Shown: positions 48,547 through 59,411, counted from the first letter of the stretch. The stretch is 64,000 nucleotides of DNA from Arenicellales bacterium (GCA_965200645.1 CBDAUN010000002.1:309871-373870); one strand, 5' to 3'. Numbers and translations: made by a program. The notes: generated by a model from the sequence alone, not told the origin.

Positions 48547-49557
48547 ATGTCGAATATTCAATCTGTGATGACAAAAGCACAAGTAATCCACCAACTCGGG
48601 CCTCCGGAGAACATGAAATGGCAGGATTGGCATGTTCCAAGTTTATCTGCAGGAGAGGTCAGACTGCGCCATACTGCGATTGGTGTAAATTTTGCCGATA
48701 CCTATCATCGAGGAGGGGTGCCGCATCCCTGGCCGGTACCTCCGTGCCCGGTAGTCATAGGATTTGAAGCTGTTGGAGTCGTAGAAGAAACTCATGGCAA
48801 TGTCACTTCGGTGAAGCCTGGTGATAGAGTAGCATATGCAGACCCACCACTGGGTAGTTACTCGCAAGCTCGCAACTACCCAGCGAATAGATTAGTTGCC
48901 GTGCCGGATGATCTTGATGACAAGGTAGTTGCGGCGACTTTACTCAAAGGTATGACCGCACATTACCTGTTACATAGAACCTATGCTGTACAACCTGGCG
49001 ACACTATCGTGGTGCATGCCGCCTCTGGTGCGATGGGCTTGATATTGTGTCAATGGGGCAAGGCAATTGGAGCTACGGTGGTTGGTACTGTTAGCACGGA
49101 AGCCAAAGCGCAGGTTGCTCGAAATGCCGGGTGTGATTATCCGGTGGTTCGGTCTTCAGAAAACTTCGTAGAAGTGACTCGCGAGGTAACGAGTGGTGAG
49201 GGTGCAGCCGTAGTATACGAAGCCATTGGCAAAGATACCTTACAGCAATCCTTGGACTCCCTTAGACCGTTGGGTGTGTGTGCCGCTTATGGACATGTTT
49301 CAGGTCCACCCGACCCAGTCGACATCATCGGCGACCTGGGCAGACGAGGTTCATTGTTTATTACACGTCCTGCAATTATGCATTATGTCGCAAAACGTGA
49401 AGACTTGGAACGCACAGCGAGGGGCTTATTTGAAGCATTGAACAATGGTTTGTTTAAGGCAACTATCAACTACGAGTATGAACTAAAGGATGCAGCCAAA
49501 GCTCATCAGGCAATCGAAAGCGGTACCACCGTTGGGGCTACAGTATTGATTCCATAA
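48547..49557 (+). CDS. qor: NADPH:quinone oxidoreductase (zeta-crystallin/MDR family)
   Basis: 336 aa with GVNFADTYHRGG and a Rossmann motif (VHAASGAMGL), and no zinc ligands. Confidence 0.8.
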   Translation: MSNIQSVMTKAQVIHQLGPPENMKWQDWHVPSLSAGEVRLRHTAIGVNFADTYHRGGVPHPWPVPPCPVVIGFEAVGVVEETHGNVTSVKPGDRVAYADPPLGSYSQARNYPANRLVAVPDDLDDKVVAATLLKGMTAHYLLHRTYAVQPGDTIVVHAASGAMGLILCQWGKAIGATVVGTVSTEAKAQVARNAGCDYPVVRSSENFVEVTREVTSGEGAAVVYEAIGKDTLQQSLDSLRPLGVCAAYGHVSGPPDPVDIIGDLGRRGSLFITRPAIMHYVAKREDLERTARGLFEALNNGLFKATINYEYELKDAAKAHQAIESGTTVGATVLIP

Positions 49558-49591
49558 TGGACTGAATAACAAAGATTCAAGAGAAATTAAT

Positions 49592-50080
49592 ATGGAAATC
49601 ACAGGAACTAAAGAACTGCCGGTATCTCGAAAGGAAGTTTGGGATGCACTGCATAATGAGCAGTTGCTATGCTCTTTAATCAAAGGCTGCGAATCTCTTG
49701 AATGGACTTCAGACTCAACACTGGAAGGGGTAGTTACGGCAAAATTCGGACCCGTCAAGGCAAAGTTTCTTATTGACATGGCAATTAGTAACTCAATTCA
49801 ATACGAAAGTTACACAATGACTGGTGAGGCAAAATCCAAAGCACAAGGTTTTGCTGGAGGTGCAGCTGATGTCCAACTTGCCGATTCGAATGGTGGTTGC
49901 GAACTATCCTATCAAGCTGAATTCAAAATTGGTGGAAAGATCGCTCAATTGGGTTCGCGTTTGATGAGTAGCGCGAGTCGAAAGATTATTGACAGTTTCT
50001 TTGATAGATTAACTGAAGCTTTGTCGCCCGAATCTACGGATGAATCAGAATCTTCAGATTCTGATCAAAATCTCACTTGA
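49592..50080 (+). CDS. coxG: CoxG-family SRPBCC protein
   Basis: 162 aa. MEITGTKELPVSRKEVWDALHN...FGPVKAKF...GGKIAQLGSRLM matches the CoxG pattern. The acidic Ser-rich tail is unusual. Confidence 0.75.
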   Translation: MEITGTKELPVSRKEVWDALHNEQLLCSLIKGCESLEWTSDSTLEGVVTAKFGPVKAKFLIDMAISNSIQYESYTMTGEAKSKAQGFAGGAADVQLADSNGGCELSYQAEFKIGGKIAQLGSRLMSSASRKIIDSFFDRLTEALSPESTDESESSDSDQNLT

Positions 50081-50433
50081 GATTACCACAATCTAGAATT
50101 TCAAGGCGCAGACATCCAGCGGCTCCAAAGCGACCACATCTATCACTTTGATTGGGTGACGGTGCCCACAGTGTCATCCATGCAGTAGATTTCTAGTGAC
50201 TTAAAATTATGGTTTTGGTTCGCCAACCAATGCGGAAGTGAACCCTCTGCGATAGAGTCTCTAAGGCGTTTGAAATTAAAACTCAGTGACAAAACTATAT
50301 AGTTCATAGTGTAAACTTTAAACTAGGATGGCCTTGTTCATTCAATAATGTGTTTCGACAACTAAATGCATATGAATGACGAGGACACTTATATAGGCAA
50401 GAGTACATATACGTAGATGGAGGATTGAAATAC

Positions 50434-50907
50434 ATGAGTGTGGATGTATCAATGACAATCAATGGCCAACAGGTTTCTGCCACGGTGGATTCCCGCACCT
50501 TGCTTGTTGAATTTCTGCGCGAAAATCAACGGTTGACCGGCACTCACGTCGGTTGCGATACAAGTCAATGTGGTGCCTGCGTCGTGCATGTTAATGGTAG
50601 TTCTGTCAAGAGTTGCACACTGCTTGCAGCTCAAGTTGATGGTGCCGAAGTTGCCACAATTGAAGGTTTGGCAAGCAATGGCAACCTGCATCCAATGCAG
50701 GAAGCGTTTCGAGACAATCACGGACTGCAATGTGGATTTTGCACCCCGGGGATGATTATGAGTGCCTTGGATTTGGTCAGCCGTAATTCGGACCCATCTG
50801 AGGCCGATGTTCGCGAATGGCTAGAAGGCAATCTTTGCCGGTGTACGGGTTATCACAATATTGTGAAATCCATTCAGGCTGGCGCAGCCGCAATGAGGGA
50901 GGGATAA
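50434..50907 (+). CDS. coxS: molybdenum hydroxylase small subunit, [2Fe-2S] (CoxS-like)
   Basis: It has two 2Fe-2S motifs ([12 protein letters not shown] and [11 protein letters not shown] ... CRCTGY). ATG 50434 is preferred over TTG 50425, with GGAGG 12 nt upstream. Confidence 0.9.
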   Translation: MSVDVSMTINGQQVSATVDSRTLLVEFLRENQRLTGTHVGCDTSQCGACVVHVNGSSVKSCTLLAAQVDGAEVATIEGLASNGNLHPMQEAFRDNHGLQCGFCTPGMIMSALDLVSRNSDPSEADVREWLEGNLCRCTGYHNIVKSIQAGAAAMREG

Positions 50908-50909
50908 AA

Positions 50910-53270
50910 ATGTCAGAATCAGGAATGGGAGTATCCGTAAAACGGCGTGAAGATGCCCGCTTCGTTAGCGGTATCGGAACCTATACGGATGACATGAACG
51001 TGACTGGACAGGCATACGCCTATATTTTGCGGTCTTCACTAGCACATGCCAAAGTTAATTCTATTGACACCTCAGCTGCGTTGGCAATTGATGGAGTGAT
51101 CGCGGTATACACCTGTGAAGATTTTGCCGGCGTCGGTGGGCTACCATGCGGCTGGCAAGTCAACAATATCGATGGTACCCCGATGGCAGAACCCAAACAT
51201 CCAATTCTAGCGGAAGGAAAGGTTCGACACGTCGGAGATCCGGTTGCTGTAGTTGTGGCCGAGACAAAAGCCATCGCCAGGGATGCTTCAGAACAAATCG
51301 CGGTTGACTACGAAGAGTTGCCTGCAGTACTCAACATGGCTGATGCGCTGGCTGAAGGTGCTGCTAATGTGCATGACGATTTGGAAGGCAATCTGTGCTA
51401 TGACTGGGAACTCGGTGACAAGGCAGCAGTTGATGAAGCTTTTGCCGATGCCCATCATGTTGCGAGCCTTGATTTAACCAACAACCGTCTGGTAGCGAAT
51501 GCTATAGAGCCGCGTTGTGCAATCGGAGACTACGACCAAGCATCCGGCCACTACACACTGCACACCACTTCACAGAACCCTCATGTTATTCGTTTGTTGA
51601 TGGGAGCGTTTGTGCTGGGTCTGCCGGAGCATAAGCTAAGGGTTAATGCTCCTGATGTTGGGGGTGGATTCGGATCGAAAATCTACCATTATGCTGAAGA
51701 GGCGATTGTAACTTGGGCCGCAGGACAGTTGCATCGAGCGGTAAAGTGGACCGCCGAACGTAGCGAGTCCTTTGTGTCAGATGCGCACGGTCGCGACCAT
51801 ACCACCAGTGTTGAACTTGCATTGGACAGCAACGGTAAGTTTCTTGCCATGCGTTCAATTACCAAAGCGAATATGGGTGCTTATCTTTCAACATTTGCAC
51901 CTTGTATCCCAACTTATTTGCATGGCACATTGTTGGCGGGTAACTACTCGACTCCTGCAATTTACACCAACGTGAAAGCGGTTTTTACGACAACGGTGCC
52001 GGTCGATGCTTATCGCGGTGCTGGGCGACCTGAAGCGACTTACCTAATTGAACGAGTTGTAGATATCGCAGCGAGTGAAATGGGTATTGACCCTGCAGAA
52101 TTACGCCGTCGTAACTATATTCGAACTGATGAGTTTCCATATCAAACACCTGTGGCGTTGGTTTATGACACCGGTGACTATGAAGCCAGTCTGGACAAAG
52201 CACTGGAAGCAGCGGATTACGCAGGATTTGAAAGTCGAAAGCTAGCTTCAAAGGCTTCCGGAAAACTTCGTGGCATAGGTATTTCTTCCTACATTGAAGC
52301 CTGTGGCATTGCGCCATCCAATGTGGTTGGCGCACTGGGTGCAAGAGCAGGGCTGTATGAAGCGGCAACGATTCGGGTAAACCCGACTGGATCCGTGAGT
52401 GTGTATACCGGTTCGCATTCCCATGGCCAAGGTCATGAGACGACATTCGCCCAAGTAGTTTCAGAACTGCTTGGTGTAGATTATGACAGCGTGGAAATTG
52501 TTCACGGCGACACCGACAAGATTCCCTTTGGAATGGGTACATATGGCTCAAGATCACTTGCTGTAGGCGGTACTGCAATCGTTAAGGCGATTGACAAGAT
52601 TGTCGCTAAAGGTAAGAAAATTGCAGCACACTTGTTGGAGGCTGCCGAGTCTGACATTGAGTTTGAAGGTGGGCAGTTTGTTATTCCCGGAACAGACCAG
52701 GCGAAATCGTTTGGTGAAGTTGCCTTGACTGCGTACGTTCCGCATCAGTATCCGCTCGAAGAGTTGGAGCCGGGTTTAGAAGAAACCGCATTCTACGATC
52801 CGAAGAACTTCACATTCCCCGCAGGAACTCACATTTGCGAGGTAGAAGTTGACCCGGATACCGGTTGCGTCGATATTCTGAGTTTCCACGCAACTGATGA
52901 CTTTGGGCGTATTGTAAATCCCATGATTGTAGAAGGACAGGTGCATGGCGGTTTGGTTCAAGGCATTGGACAGGCATTGCTGGAAAACTGTGTCTATGAT
53001 GATGAAGGACAGTTAGCTTCGGGATCTTACATGGACTACTGCATGCCACGAGCTGACGATGTACCCAGTTTTTCGGTTGATACAACAGTAACCCCCTGCA
53101 CTCATAATCCATTGGGTGTAAAGGGGTGTGGTGAAGCCGGGGCAATTGGCTCACCGCCGGCAGTTATCAATGCCATCGTCAATGCTCTGTCTGACTATGG
53201 CGTGAAGCATATTGAAATGCCTGCTTCACCGCATAGAGTCTGGCAAGCAATGCGCAATGCTCAAGCATAG
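50910..53270 (+). CDS. coxL: molybdenum hydroxylase large subunit, form-II CoxL type (AYRGAGR active-site loop)
   Basis: 786 aa from ATG 50910, 3 nt after the coxS stop. The active-site loop is [14 protein letters not shown] (nt 52008-52028) rather than the VAYRCSFR loop of form-I CO dehydrogenases. Confidence 0.88.
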   Translation: MSESGMGVSVKRREDARFVSGIGTYTDDMNVTGQAYAYILRSSLAHAKVNSIDTSAALAIDGVIAVYTCEDFAGVGGLPCGWQVNNIDGTPMAEPKHPILAEGKVRHVGDPVAVVVAETKAIARDASEQIAVDYEELPAVLNMADALAEGAANVHDDLEGNLCYDWELGDKAAVDEAFADAHHVASLDLTNNRLVANAIEPRCAIGDYDQASGHYTLHTTSQNPHVIRLLMGAFVLGLPEHKLRVNAPDVGGGFGSKIYHYAEEAIVTWAAGQLHRAVKWTAERSESFVSDAHGRDHTTSVELALDSNGKFLAMRSITKANMGAYLSTFAPCIPTYLHGTLLAGNYSTPAIYTNVKAVFTTTVPVDAYRGAGRPEATYLIERVVDIAASEMGIDPAELRRRNYIRTDEFPYQTPVALVYDTGDYEASLDKALEAADYAGFESRKLASKASGKLRGIGISSYIEACGIAPSNVVGALGARAGLYEAATIRVNPTGSVSVYTGSHSHGQGHETTFAQVVSELLGVDYDSVEIVHGDTDKIPFGMGTYGSRSLAVGGTAIVKAIDKIVAKGKKIAAHLLEAAESDIEFEGGQFVIPGTDQAKSFGEVALTAYVPHQYPLEELEPGLEETAFYDPKNFTFPAGTHICEVEVDPDTGCVDILSFHATDDFGRIVNPMIVEGQVHGGLVQGIGQALLENCVYDDEGQLASGSYMDYCMPRADDVPSFSVDTTVTPCTHNPLGVKGCGEAGAIGSPPAVINAIVNALSDYGVKHIEMPASPHRVWQAMRNAQA

Positions 53271-53288
53271 ATATAGAGGAAAAGTTTT

Positions 53289-54089
53289 ATGTATTCGTTT
53301 AATTATGTAAAAGCTAACAGCGTTCAAGAAGCATTGGATGCCCTGAATGGATCTGATGATGGATTGCTCCTTGCAGGCGGTCAGACACTGATTCCGACCA
53401 TGAAGCAGCGCCTGAGATCTGCGGATGATGTGATTGACCTTTCGGGCGTGTCAGAGCTGTCCGGCATCTCAACTAATTCTGATGCGGTGGTAATCGGTGC
53501 GATGACAACGCACAATGAAGTCGCTAACTCGGCTGAGGTCCGCGATAGTATCCCGGCTCTTGCAGACCTGGCAGAAGCTATTGGAGATCCTCAAGTTCGG
53601 AATTGCGGAACCATTGGAGGTTCTATTGCCAACAACGATCCAGCTGCAGATTATCCAGCAGCGTTGGTGGGACTGGGAGCAACGGTAAATGTGGCCGGCA
53701 GTTCTTCTAGGTCAATAGCGGCCGATGACTTTTTCGTTGACTTGTTTGAAACTTCTCTGGAAGAAGACGAAATAATTACTTCTGTTTCATTTCCTGTACC
53801 GGACAAAGCAGCGTACGTCAAGTTTCCCAATCCCGCATCTCGCTATGCGATTGTCGGTGTTTTCGTTTCAGTGAAAGCATCTTCAGTTCGGGTCGCGGTA
53901 ACCGGTGCGGGAGCGTCCGTATTTAGAGTGAGTGAAATGGAAAGCGCGCTGGAATCGTCATTTTCATCTGCAAGCCTTGATGGTATTCAGGTATCAGATG
54001 ACGGCTTGAATGAAGATATTCATGCCAGTGCCGAGTATCGTGCTCATTTGGTATCCGTGATGGCCAAACGGGCGGTCAATGCAGTTTAA
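53289..54089 (+). CDS. coxM: molybdenum hydroxylase medium subunit, FAD-binding (CoxM-like)
   Basis: 266 aa with LLAGGQTLIP and CGTIGGSIANNDPAADYP (FAD_binding_5 signatures). Confidence 0.9.
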   Translation: MYSFNYVKANSVQEALDALNGSDDGLLLAGGQTLIPTMKQRLRSADDVIDLSGVSELSGISTNSDAVVIGAMTTHNEVANSAEVRDSIPALADLAEAIGDPQVRNCGTIGGSIANNDPAADYPAALVGLGATVNVAGSSSRSIAADDFFVDLFETSLEEDEIITSVSFPVPDKAAYVKFPNPASRYAIVGVFVSVKASSVRVAVTGAGASVFRVSEMESALESSFSSASLDGIQVSDDGLNEDIHASAEYRAHLVSVMAKRAVNAV

Positions 54090-54187
54090 ATATTCGGCTG
54101 CCGAACTGACATCAACTTTGATCGACAGGTACTCAACCAAATCGGTTGGGTACCTGCGGTACTCTACCTAAATTACCCGATCGAGTT

Positions 54188-55093
54188 ATGGCCTTCCCAC
54201 AGGACATAAGCTCAACTGTAAAACTCCTTAGAGATAATGACTATATTGCCGAGCGTAGTCTTGGAACTGCAGTTTTTCTTTCTTTACAGTTGCAGCGACC
54301 CTTACTTTTAGAGGGTGAAGCAGGGGTAGGTAAAACCGAAGTCGCCAAAGTTCTAGCCCGAGCATTAGGCCGTCGGTTGATCCGATTGCAGTGCTATGAA
54401 GGACTGGATGTTTCCAGTGCTGTTTATGAGTGGAATTATTCCCGACAGATGATCGAAATTCGCCTGGCAGAAACCGAAGTCGAATCTGATCGTAATCAAC
54501 TCGCGCAAGATATTTATTCGAAGCAGTTTTTGATTGAACGCCCTTTGCTTCAGGCATTGCAGCACGACGCTGATGAGCCTCCGGTATTGCTGATTGATGA
54601 AATTGATCGAACGGATGAACCTTTTGAAGCCTATTTACTGGAAATACTTTCGGACTTTCAAATTACGATTCCTGAAATTGGCACAATCGCTGCAAAGTCA
54701 CCACCCTCGGTTATTGTGACTTCCAATCGGACACGTGAAATTCATGATGCTCTCAAACGCAGATGTTTCTATCACTGGGTGGACTTTCCGAGCGCTGAAC
54801 GAGAGTTAAACATTCTTCAGATCAAGGCGCCTCAAGCCAGTGCTGAGTTGGCACGGCAAATTGTGCAATTCGTTCAAGCTTTGCGCCAAGAGGACCTGTA
54901 TAAGTCACCGGGCGTTGCTGAAACGATAGACTGGGCTCATGCACTAGTGCAAATTGATGTGATTTCGCTGGACGCTTCAGTGGTTGATGAGACTCTCGGT
55001 GTACTGCTGAAGTATCAAGATGATATTGATCGTGTACGTGGCCACGAGGCCATGCGTATTCTTGAAACGATTCAAACAGAGTTAGCGGCGTGA
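54188..55093 (+). CDS. coxD: MoxR-type AAA+ ATPase (CoxD-like)
   Basis: It has Walker A (LLLEGEAGVGKTEVAK) and Walker B (VLLIDEIDR). The start is set at ATG 54188, and the ORF track extends to a TTG at 54146. Confidence 0.85.
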   Translation: MAFPQDISSTVKLLRDNDYIAERSLGTAVFLSLQLQRPLLLEGEAGVGKTEVAKVLARALGRRLIRLQCYEGLDVSSAVYEWNYSRQMIEIRLAETEVESDRNQLAQDIYSKQFLIERPLLQALQHDADEPPVLLIDEIDRTDEPFEAYLLEILSDFQITIPEIGTIAAKSPPSVIVTSNRTREIHDALKRRCFYHWVDFPSAERELNILQIKAPQASAELARQIVQFVQALRQEDLYKSPGVAETIDWAHALVQIDVISLDASVVDETLGVLLKYQDDIDRVRGHEAMRILETIQTELAA

Positions 55094-56388
55094 GTAGCAG
55101 CGAGGGTTCTCAGCAGGGTGGAATGTTTGTTACCAATTTAGTGCATTTTGCCCGTGTACTTAGAGCTTCCGGACTACCCATTGGAACTGGACGAATATTG
55201 GAGGCAATTCGGGCGGTCAGCGTAGTGGGGCTGGACAGTCGTGAAGATTTCTATTGGACGCTACACGCTGTCTTTGTGAATCATCCTCGTCAGCGACTGA
55301 TCTTCAATCAGGCATTTCATGTTTTCTGGCGCAATCCACGCGTGTTGGAAAGAGCTATGTCTTTGCTGCTTCCAAAGTTACGTGTACCTCAGAATATGAA
55401 ATCAAATCAGGAGCTTGCACGTCGTTTGTCGGAATCACTCTATCCCACCGACTCAAATCAGGAGCTGGTACGGGATGTCAATCCACAATTAGACCTGCGG
55501 GCTTCCCTAACTTATTCAGACCAAGAAAAATTTCAGGAAGTAGACTTCGAATCGATGTCGCGTGATGAGTTGGAGCAGGCTAAGCGAGCAATAGCGAAGA
55601 TCAGAGTGTTGTTTAAGGAATTGCCAACACGGCGTTATCGCGTACACAATCGAGGGCAACTTCTCGACATGCGCAAGACTCTACAGCGCAGCTTGAGAAA
55701 CATGGGAGAAACTGTTTCCCTAATCAAAAAGAAGAAAGCCACAAAACAACCGCCGGTAGTGTTGCTGTGTGATATTTCCGGCTCAATGAGTGAGTATTCA
55801 AGAATGATGTTGCACTTTTTTCATCTGCTGTCGATGAGTAGAAATCAAGTATCGTGCTTTGTGTTTGGAACTCGCTTGACGAACATCACCAGACAGTTGA
55901 AACATCGTGATGTTGACTATGCCCTCAACAAGGTGTCTGAGCAAGTAGAGGATTGGCATGGCGGAACAAGAATCGGAGAATGCTTAGCCGAATTCAATCG
56001 AAACTGGATTCGTCGCTTACCACTGCATAGTTCAATTGTAATTCTGGTGTCAGATGGACTGGAACGATCAGAATCAGGTAATCTGGAACAACACATCGCA
56101 ATGTTGCACCGATCCTGTCGACGCCTGGTGTGGCTCAATCCATTGCTTCGATATGAGGAATTTGAACCCAAAGTGAGCGGGATTCGAGCGATACTGCCTC
56201 ATGTCGATGAATTTCGGTCGGTTCACAATTTAAAGAGTCTGGACGCACTGGCACAATCATTGACGATGTGTGACGGTAGAAATAGCCATCTGTTGGTGCA
56301 ACACCGAAAGGATTGGCGAAAACGTTTGCGTGCTACGAGTAATCCGGTCAGAGATAAATTTGATTTTGCCGTAAGTACAAGTCAATGA
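55090..56388 (+). CDS. coxE: VWA-domain protein (CoxE-like)
   Basis: 432 aa with a GTG start that overlaps the coxD stop. It has a MIDAS motif (VVLLCDISGSMS) in the C-terminal VWA domain. Confidence 0.8.
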   Translation: MSSSEGSQQGGMFVTNLVHFARVLRASGLPIGTGRILEAIRAVSVVGLDSREDFYWTLHAVFVNHPRQRLIFNQAFHVFWRNPRVLERAMSLLLPKLRVPQNMKSNQELARRLSESLYPTDSNQELVRDVNPQLDLRASLTYSDQEKFQEVDFESMSRDELEQAKRAIAKIRVLFKELPTRRYRVHNRGQLLDMRKTLQRSLRNMGETVSLIKKKKATKQPPVVLLCDISGSMSEYSRMMLHFFHLLSMSRNQVSCFVFGTRLTNITRQLKHRDVDYALNKVSEQVEDWHGGTRIGECLAEFNRNWIRRLPLHSSIVILVSDGLERSESGNLEQHIAMLHRSCRRLVWLNPLLRYEEFEPKVSGIRAILPHVDEFRSVHNLKSLDALAQSLTMCDGRNSHLLVQHRKDWRKRLRATSNPVRDKFDFAVSTSQ

Positions 56389-56714
56389 CTCAAAGGGAAG
56401 ATTCTATCTTAGATATTGCTGCTCGCTGGGTTGATGAAGGACAGGGTGTCGCGCTTGCTACTGTCATATCAACTTGGGGGTCTTCTCCTCGACCGGTTGG
56501 CAGTCAAGTTGTGATTAATGAAAGTAGGAATTTTGAGGGTTCAGTTTCCGGTGGCTGTGTTGAATCCGCTGTAATTGAAGAGGCGGTGGATGTAATTGAA
56601 AGCGGCGAGCCTCGAATGCTTATATTTGGTGTGACTAATGAACAAGCATGGGAAGTTGGACTGGCCTGTGGCGGTGAAATTCATATTTACCTGGAACCTG
56701 TTCAGTTGAATTGA
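56385..56714 (+). CDS. XdhC/CoxI-family protein, N-terminal-domain-only form
   Basis: 109 aa. VALATVISTWGSSPRPVGSQVVI...GSVSGGCVE matches the XdhC_CoxI domain. It overlaps coxE by 4 nt. Confidence 0.75.
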   Translation: MTQREDSILDIAARWVDEGQGVALATVISTWGSSPRPVGSQVVINESRNFEGSVSGGCVESAVIEEAVDVIESGEPRMLIFGVTNEQAWEVGLACGGEIHIYLEPVQLN

Positions 56715-56733
56715 AGCAATCTACGTTGGTTCG

Positions 56734-57423
56734 TTGAAAAAGACGCTTTTGGATCAAATTAACTCGGTTCGTCGTAGTAACCGCGTAGCCGCTTTAGTTA
56801 CCAATCTCACAGACGGGGAGCAAAACCTCTATGGTTCGGACAGTCTGCCAGACGATTCGGCCATTCGACATGCTGTTATAGAAGGTTTTCGTCGTGACCG
56901 TAGTCAAACCATTGAAATCAATCACAAACATTACTTCATTCAAATCTTTAGTACACCTCTTAGATTGATGATTGTTGGGGCAGTTCATATAGCCCAACCC
57001 TTGATACAGATGAGTCAACTTTGTGACTACAAAGTCATACTGATTGATCCTAGGCGAGCTTTTGCTTCACAAGAACGTTTTCCCAATGTAAATTGCCTGC
57101 AACAGTGGCCGGATACTGCTTTACGTGAACTTGTGCCTGATCGACGCAGTGCAGTTGTCACATTAAGTCATGATCCCAAAATTGATGAGCCAGCTCTAAG
57201 GGTGGCTTTGGAATCAGAAGCATTCTATATAGGAGCTTTAGGTAGTCGGCGAAATCACAGCAACCGTTGTGAACGCCTGCGAAAAGCTGGCGTGACAGAG
57301 GAGGATATAAATCGAATTCACGGTCCCATTGGTCTGAATATTTCGGCCGAATCACCGGCCGAAATTGCAGTTTCAATAATGGGAGAGATTACTGAGACTT
57401 TGCGCAGGAGAAATTCGCTGTGA
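56734..57423 (+). CDS. XdhC-family molybdenum-cofactor insertion chaperone, Rossmann-domain form
   Basis: 229 aa with a TTG start. It has a short XdhC_CoxI-like N-terminus (VAALVTNLTDG) followed by a Rossmann-like XdhC_C (LMIVGAVHIAQPL...VILIDPR, YIGALGSRR). Confidence 0.75.
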   Translation: MKKTLLDQINSVRRSNRVAALVTNLTDGEQNLYGSDSLPDDSAIRHAVIEGFRRDRSQTIEINHKHYFIQIFSTPLRLMIVGAVHIAQPLIQMSQLCDYKVILIDPRRAFASQERFPNVNCLQQWPDTALRELVPDRRSAVVTLSHDPKIDEPALRVALESEAFYIGALGSRRNHSNRCERLRKAGVTEEDINRIHGPIGLNISAESPAEIAVSIMGEITETLRRRNSL

Positions 57424-59048
57424 AATTCGGACGAGTCAATACACTGGAAGCGGAAGGCTCTTTGCTGGCACATTCACTGCGAGTGATGGATCAAAAATGG
57501 AAGAAGGGGCGAAGCTTAACTCGATTCGATATAGATTTGCTTGTTTCTGAAGGTGTTGATTCTTTAGTTGTTGCGCAATTGGAAGAAGGTGATTTGGATG
57601 AAGATACTGCTGCGGAATCTCTGGCTCGAGTGCTCTGTGGGTATGGTGCTGAATTACGACCCCCAAATACCGGTCGGTGTAACCTTTATGCGACTTTACA
57701 CGGAATTTTAAGGATTGATCAGAAACGACTGAATAGCACAAACGCGGTGGATGAGGCCTTCACAGTTGCCACGTTGCCGCCATATTCTCGTGTCTATCCA
57801 GGTCAACTGATGGCTTCAGTCAAAATTATTCCGTTCGGGGTTACCAGAGATCAGCTCCACGCCTGCATAAGTGTAGCAGGCAAAGCGCTCCCTGCCATTT
57901 CCGTGGCTGAATTTAGAAACCTATCGGTTTCCCTGATTCAAACCAATGTTGAATGGTTCAATCAATCTCTACTAACCAAGGCATCCAGATTACTGAAGGA
58001 ACGTGCCAGTGAGTTACATTGCAGTTTAGAACATGAATCTACTTGCAAGCATCATGAAAAAGATATCGCCATGGAGATTCATAAGCATCTGCAAAGGCGT
58101 CCCGATGTGATCTTGGTTCTGGGCATATCGGCCATCCAGGACAGAAATGACGTTGTCCCGCAAGGTATTGTGGATGCAGGTGGACGAATCGAACATTTTG
58201 GAATGCCGGTCGACCCTGGAAATTTAATTTTGACAGCACGCCATGGCCGCACCATCATTATCGGGCTTCCAGGATGTGCTCGTTCTCCAAAGCGAAATGG
58301 GTTTGACATTGTATTTGAGAGAGTTGCTGCGGACATTGAAGTGATACCCAGTGACATCATGGGATTTGGTGCGGGTGGTTTGTTGATGGAAGGCCCAAGA
58401 AGGCCGGAAAGGAGAACACAAGTTGCGGAAACTGTGGATGAACAAGCACCTCGTATTGCGGCGGTAGTACTGGCAGCCGGACAGTCAAGTCGCATGGGAG
58501 AAGTAAATAAGCTGATGATGGAAATTCAGGGGCGGTCTGTGATTAGTTTAGTTGTGAATCAACTGCTGAAATCAAAGGTTAACGAGGTGATTGTGGTTAC
58601 AGGTTACGAAGCGAAGCAGGTAGAAGAACAACTCAGTGGATTGTCGGTTAAGTTTGTAAACAACCCAGAATTCTCAAAGGGATTAAGTACTTCGTTGAGA
58701 ACTGCACTAAGTGCAGTTTCTTCTGAGTCTGCCGGAATTCTAGTGTGCTTGGGAGATATGCCTTCCGTTAGAAGTTCGCATATTGATGATTTGATTGAAA
58801 ACTTTGATCCTGAATCAGGAAAAAGTATCTGCGTGCCAGTCCATAATGGCAAGCGCGGTAATCCAGTACTATGGAGTAAACGGTATGTACTTGAAATGAT
58901 GGAGGTTCGGGGCGATGTCGGTGCAAAGCATATGATTGGCGAATACAATGAATTTGTGCAAGAAGTTGAGATGGAAGACGAAGGAGTGCTTATAGACTTA
59001 GATACCAAGGAAGCGATGGATCGATATAAAAAATTAGTTGAGATTTGA
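57420..59048 (+). CDS. fusion of a molybdopterin-binding (MoCF_biosynth-like) domain and a MocA/MobA-like nucleotidyltransferase
   Basis: 542 aa. The N-terminal ~340 aa has VILVLGISAIQDRNDVVPQGI...GMPVDPGNL...GLPGCARSP (MoeA/CinA-type MPT-binding fold). The C-terminal ~200 aa has AAVVLAAGQSSRMG..NKL (NTP_transf_3, Mo-cofactor cytidylyl/guanylyl transferase). Confidence 0.75.
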   Translation: MKFGRVNTLEAEGSLLAHSLRVMDQKWKKGRSLTRFDIDLLVSEGVDSLVVAQLEEGDLDEDTAAESLARVLCGYGAELRPPNTGRCNLYATLHGILRIDQKRLNSTNAVDEAFTVATLPPYSRVYPGQLMASVKIIPFGVTRDQLHACISVAGKALPAISVAEFRNLSVSLIQTNVEWFNQSLLTKASRLLKERASELHCSLEHESTCKHHEKDIAMEIHKHLQRRPDVILVLGISAIQDRNDVVPQGIVDAGGRIEHFGMPVDPGNLILTARHGRTIIIGLPGCARSPKRNGFDIVFERVAADIEVIPSDIMGFGAGGLLMEGPRRPERRTQVAETVDEQAPRIAAVVLAAGQSSRMGEVNKLMMEIQGRSVISLVVNQLLKSKVNEVIVVTGYEAKQVEEQLSGLSVKFVNNPEFSKGLSTSLRTALSAVSSESAGILVCLGDMPSVRSSHIDDLIENFDPESGKSICVPVHNGKRGNPVLWSKRYVLEMMEVRGDVGAKHMIGEYNEFVQEVEMEDEGVLIDLDTKEAMDRYKKLVEI

Positions 59049-59170
59049 CCAAAGAACAGTCATCGAGCTCGTGCATGAATTACATGTTTGCATGCCATAG
59101 TGACTCTTGGCGTGGTCAAAACAAATGACCTAACCCCAAATAGCATCTTCACTGGCACAACGCCGAAATT

Positions 59171-59411
59171 AGGTCATCCCATTAAGGAGCGAAATACTCA
59201 ACGAACTCACTGCTAAAGACCTAGGGTCATAAACGGACATCTACAGGGTACTAAGTTAGTGCCCGCAAACTCTTTACAAGCAATTGGAACGTGAGGTCAT
59301 CCTTTACGTTGCCGCGTGGTTGCAGGAGTCGGGTGCAATTCCTAGTCTGTCGTCAAGCGTCGATTAAGACATCCACTTGTTGAAAAAACTCACTGCCGGG
59401 TTAAACGGACA
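59171..59411 (+). repeat. degenerate direct duplication (copy A 59171-59239, copy B 59294-59411)
   Basis: Three ordered blocks are shared. AGGTCATCC lies at 59171 and 59294, AACTCACTGC at 59204 and 59387, and TAAACGGACA at 59230 and 59402. The spacers between blocks differ in length between the two copies. Confidence 0.6.

Noticed and set aside
56385-57423. XdhC family split into a 109-aa and a 229-aa ORF, which could be a frameshifted pseudogene.
   Set aside because: The two ORFs are separated by a 19-nt gap and each has its own start. The second begins with its own short XdhC_CoxI-like segment, so they are not two halves of one frame. As I recall, small-plus-large XdhC gene pairs are a recurrent arrangement in cox loci.
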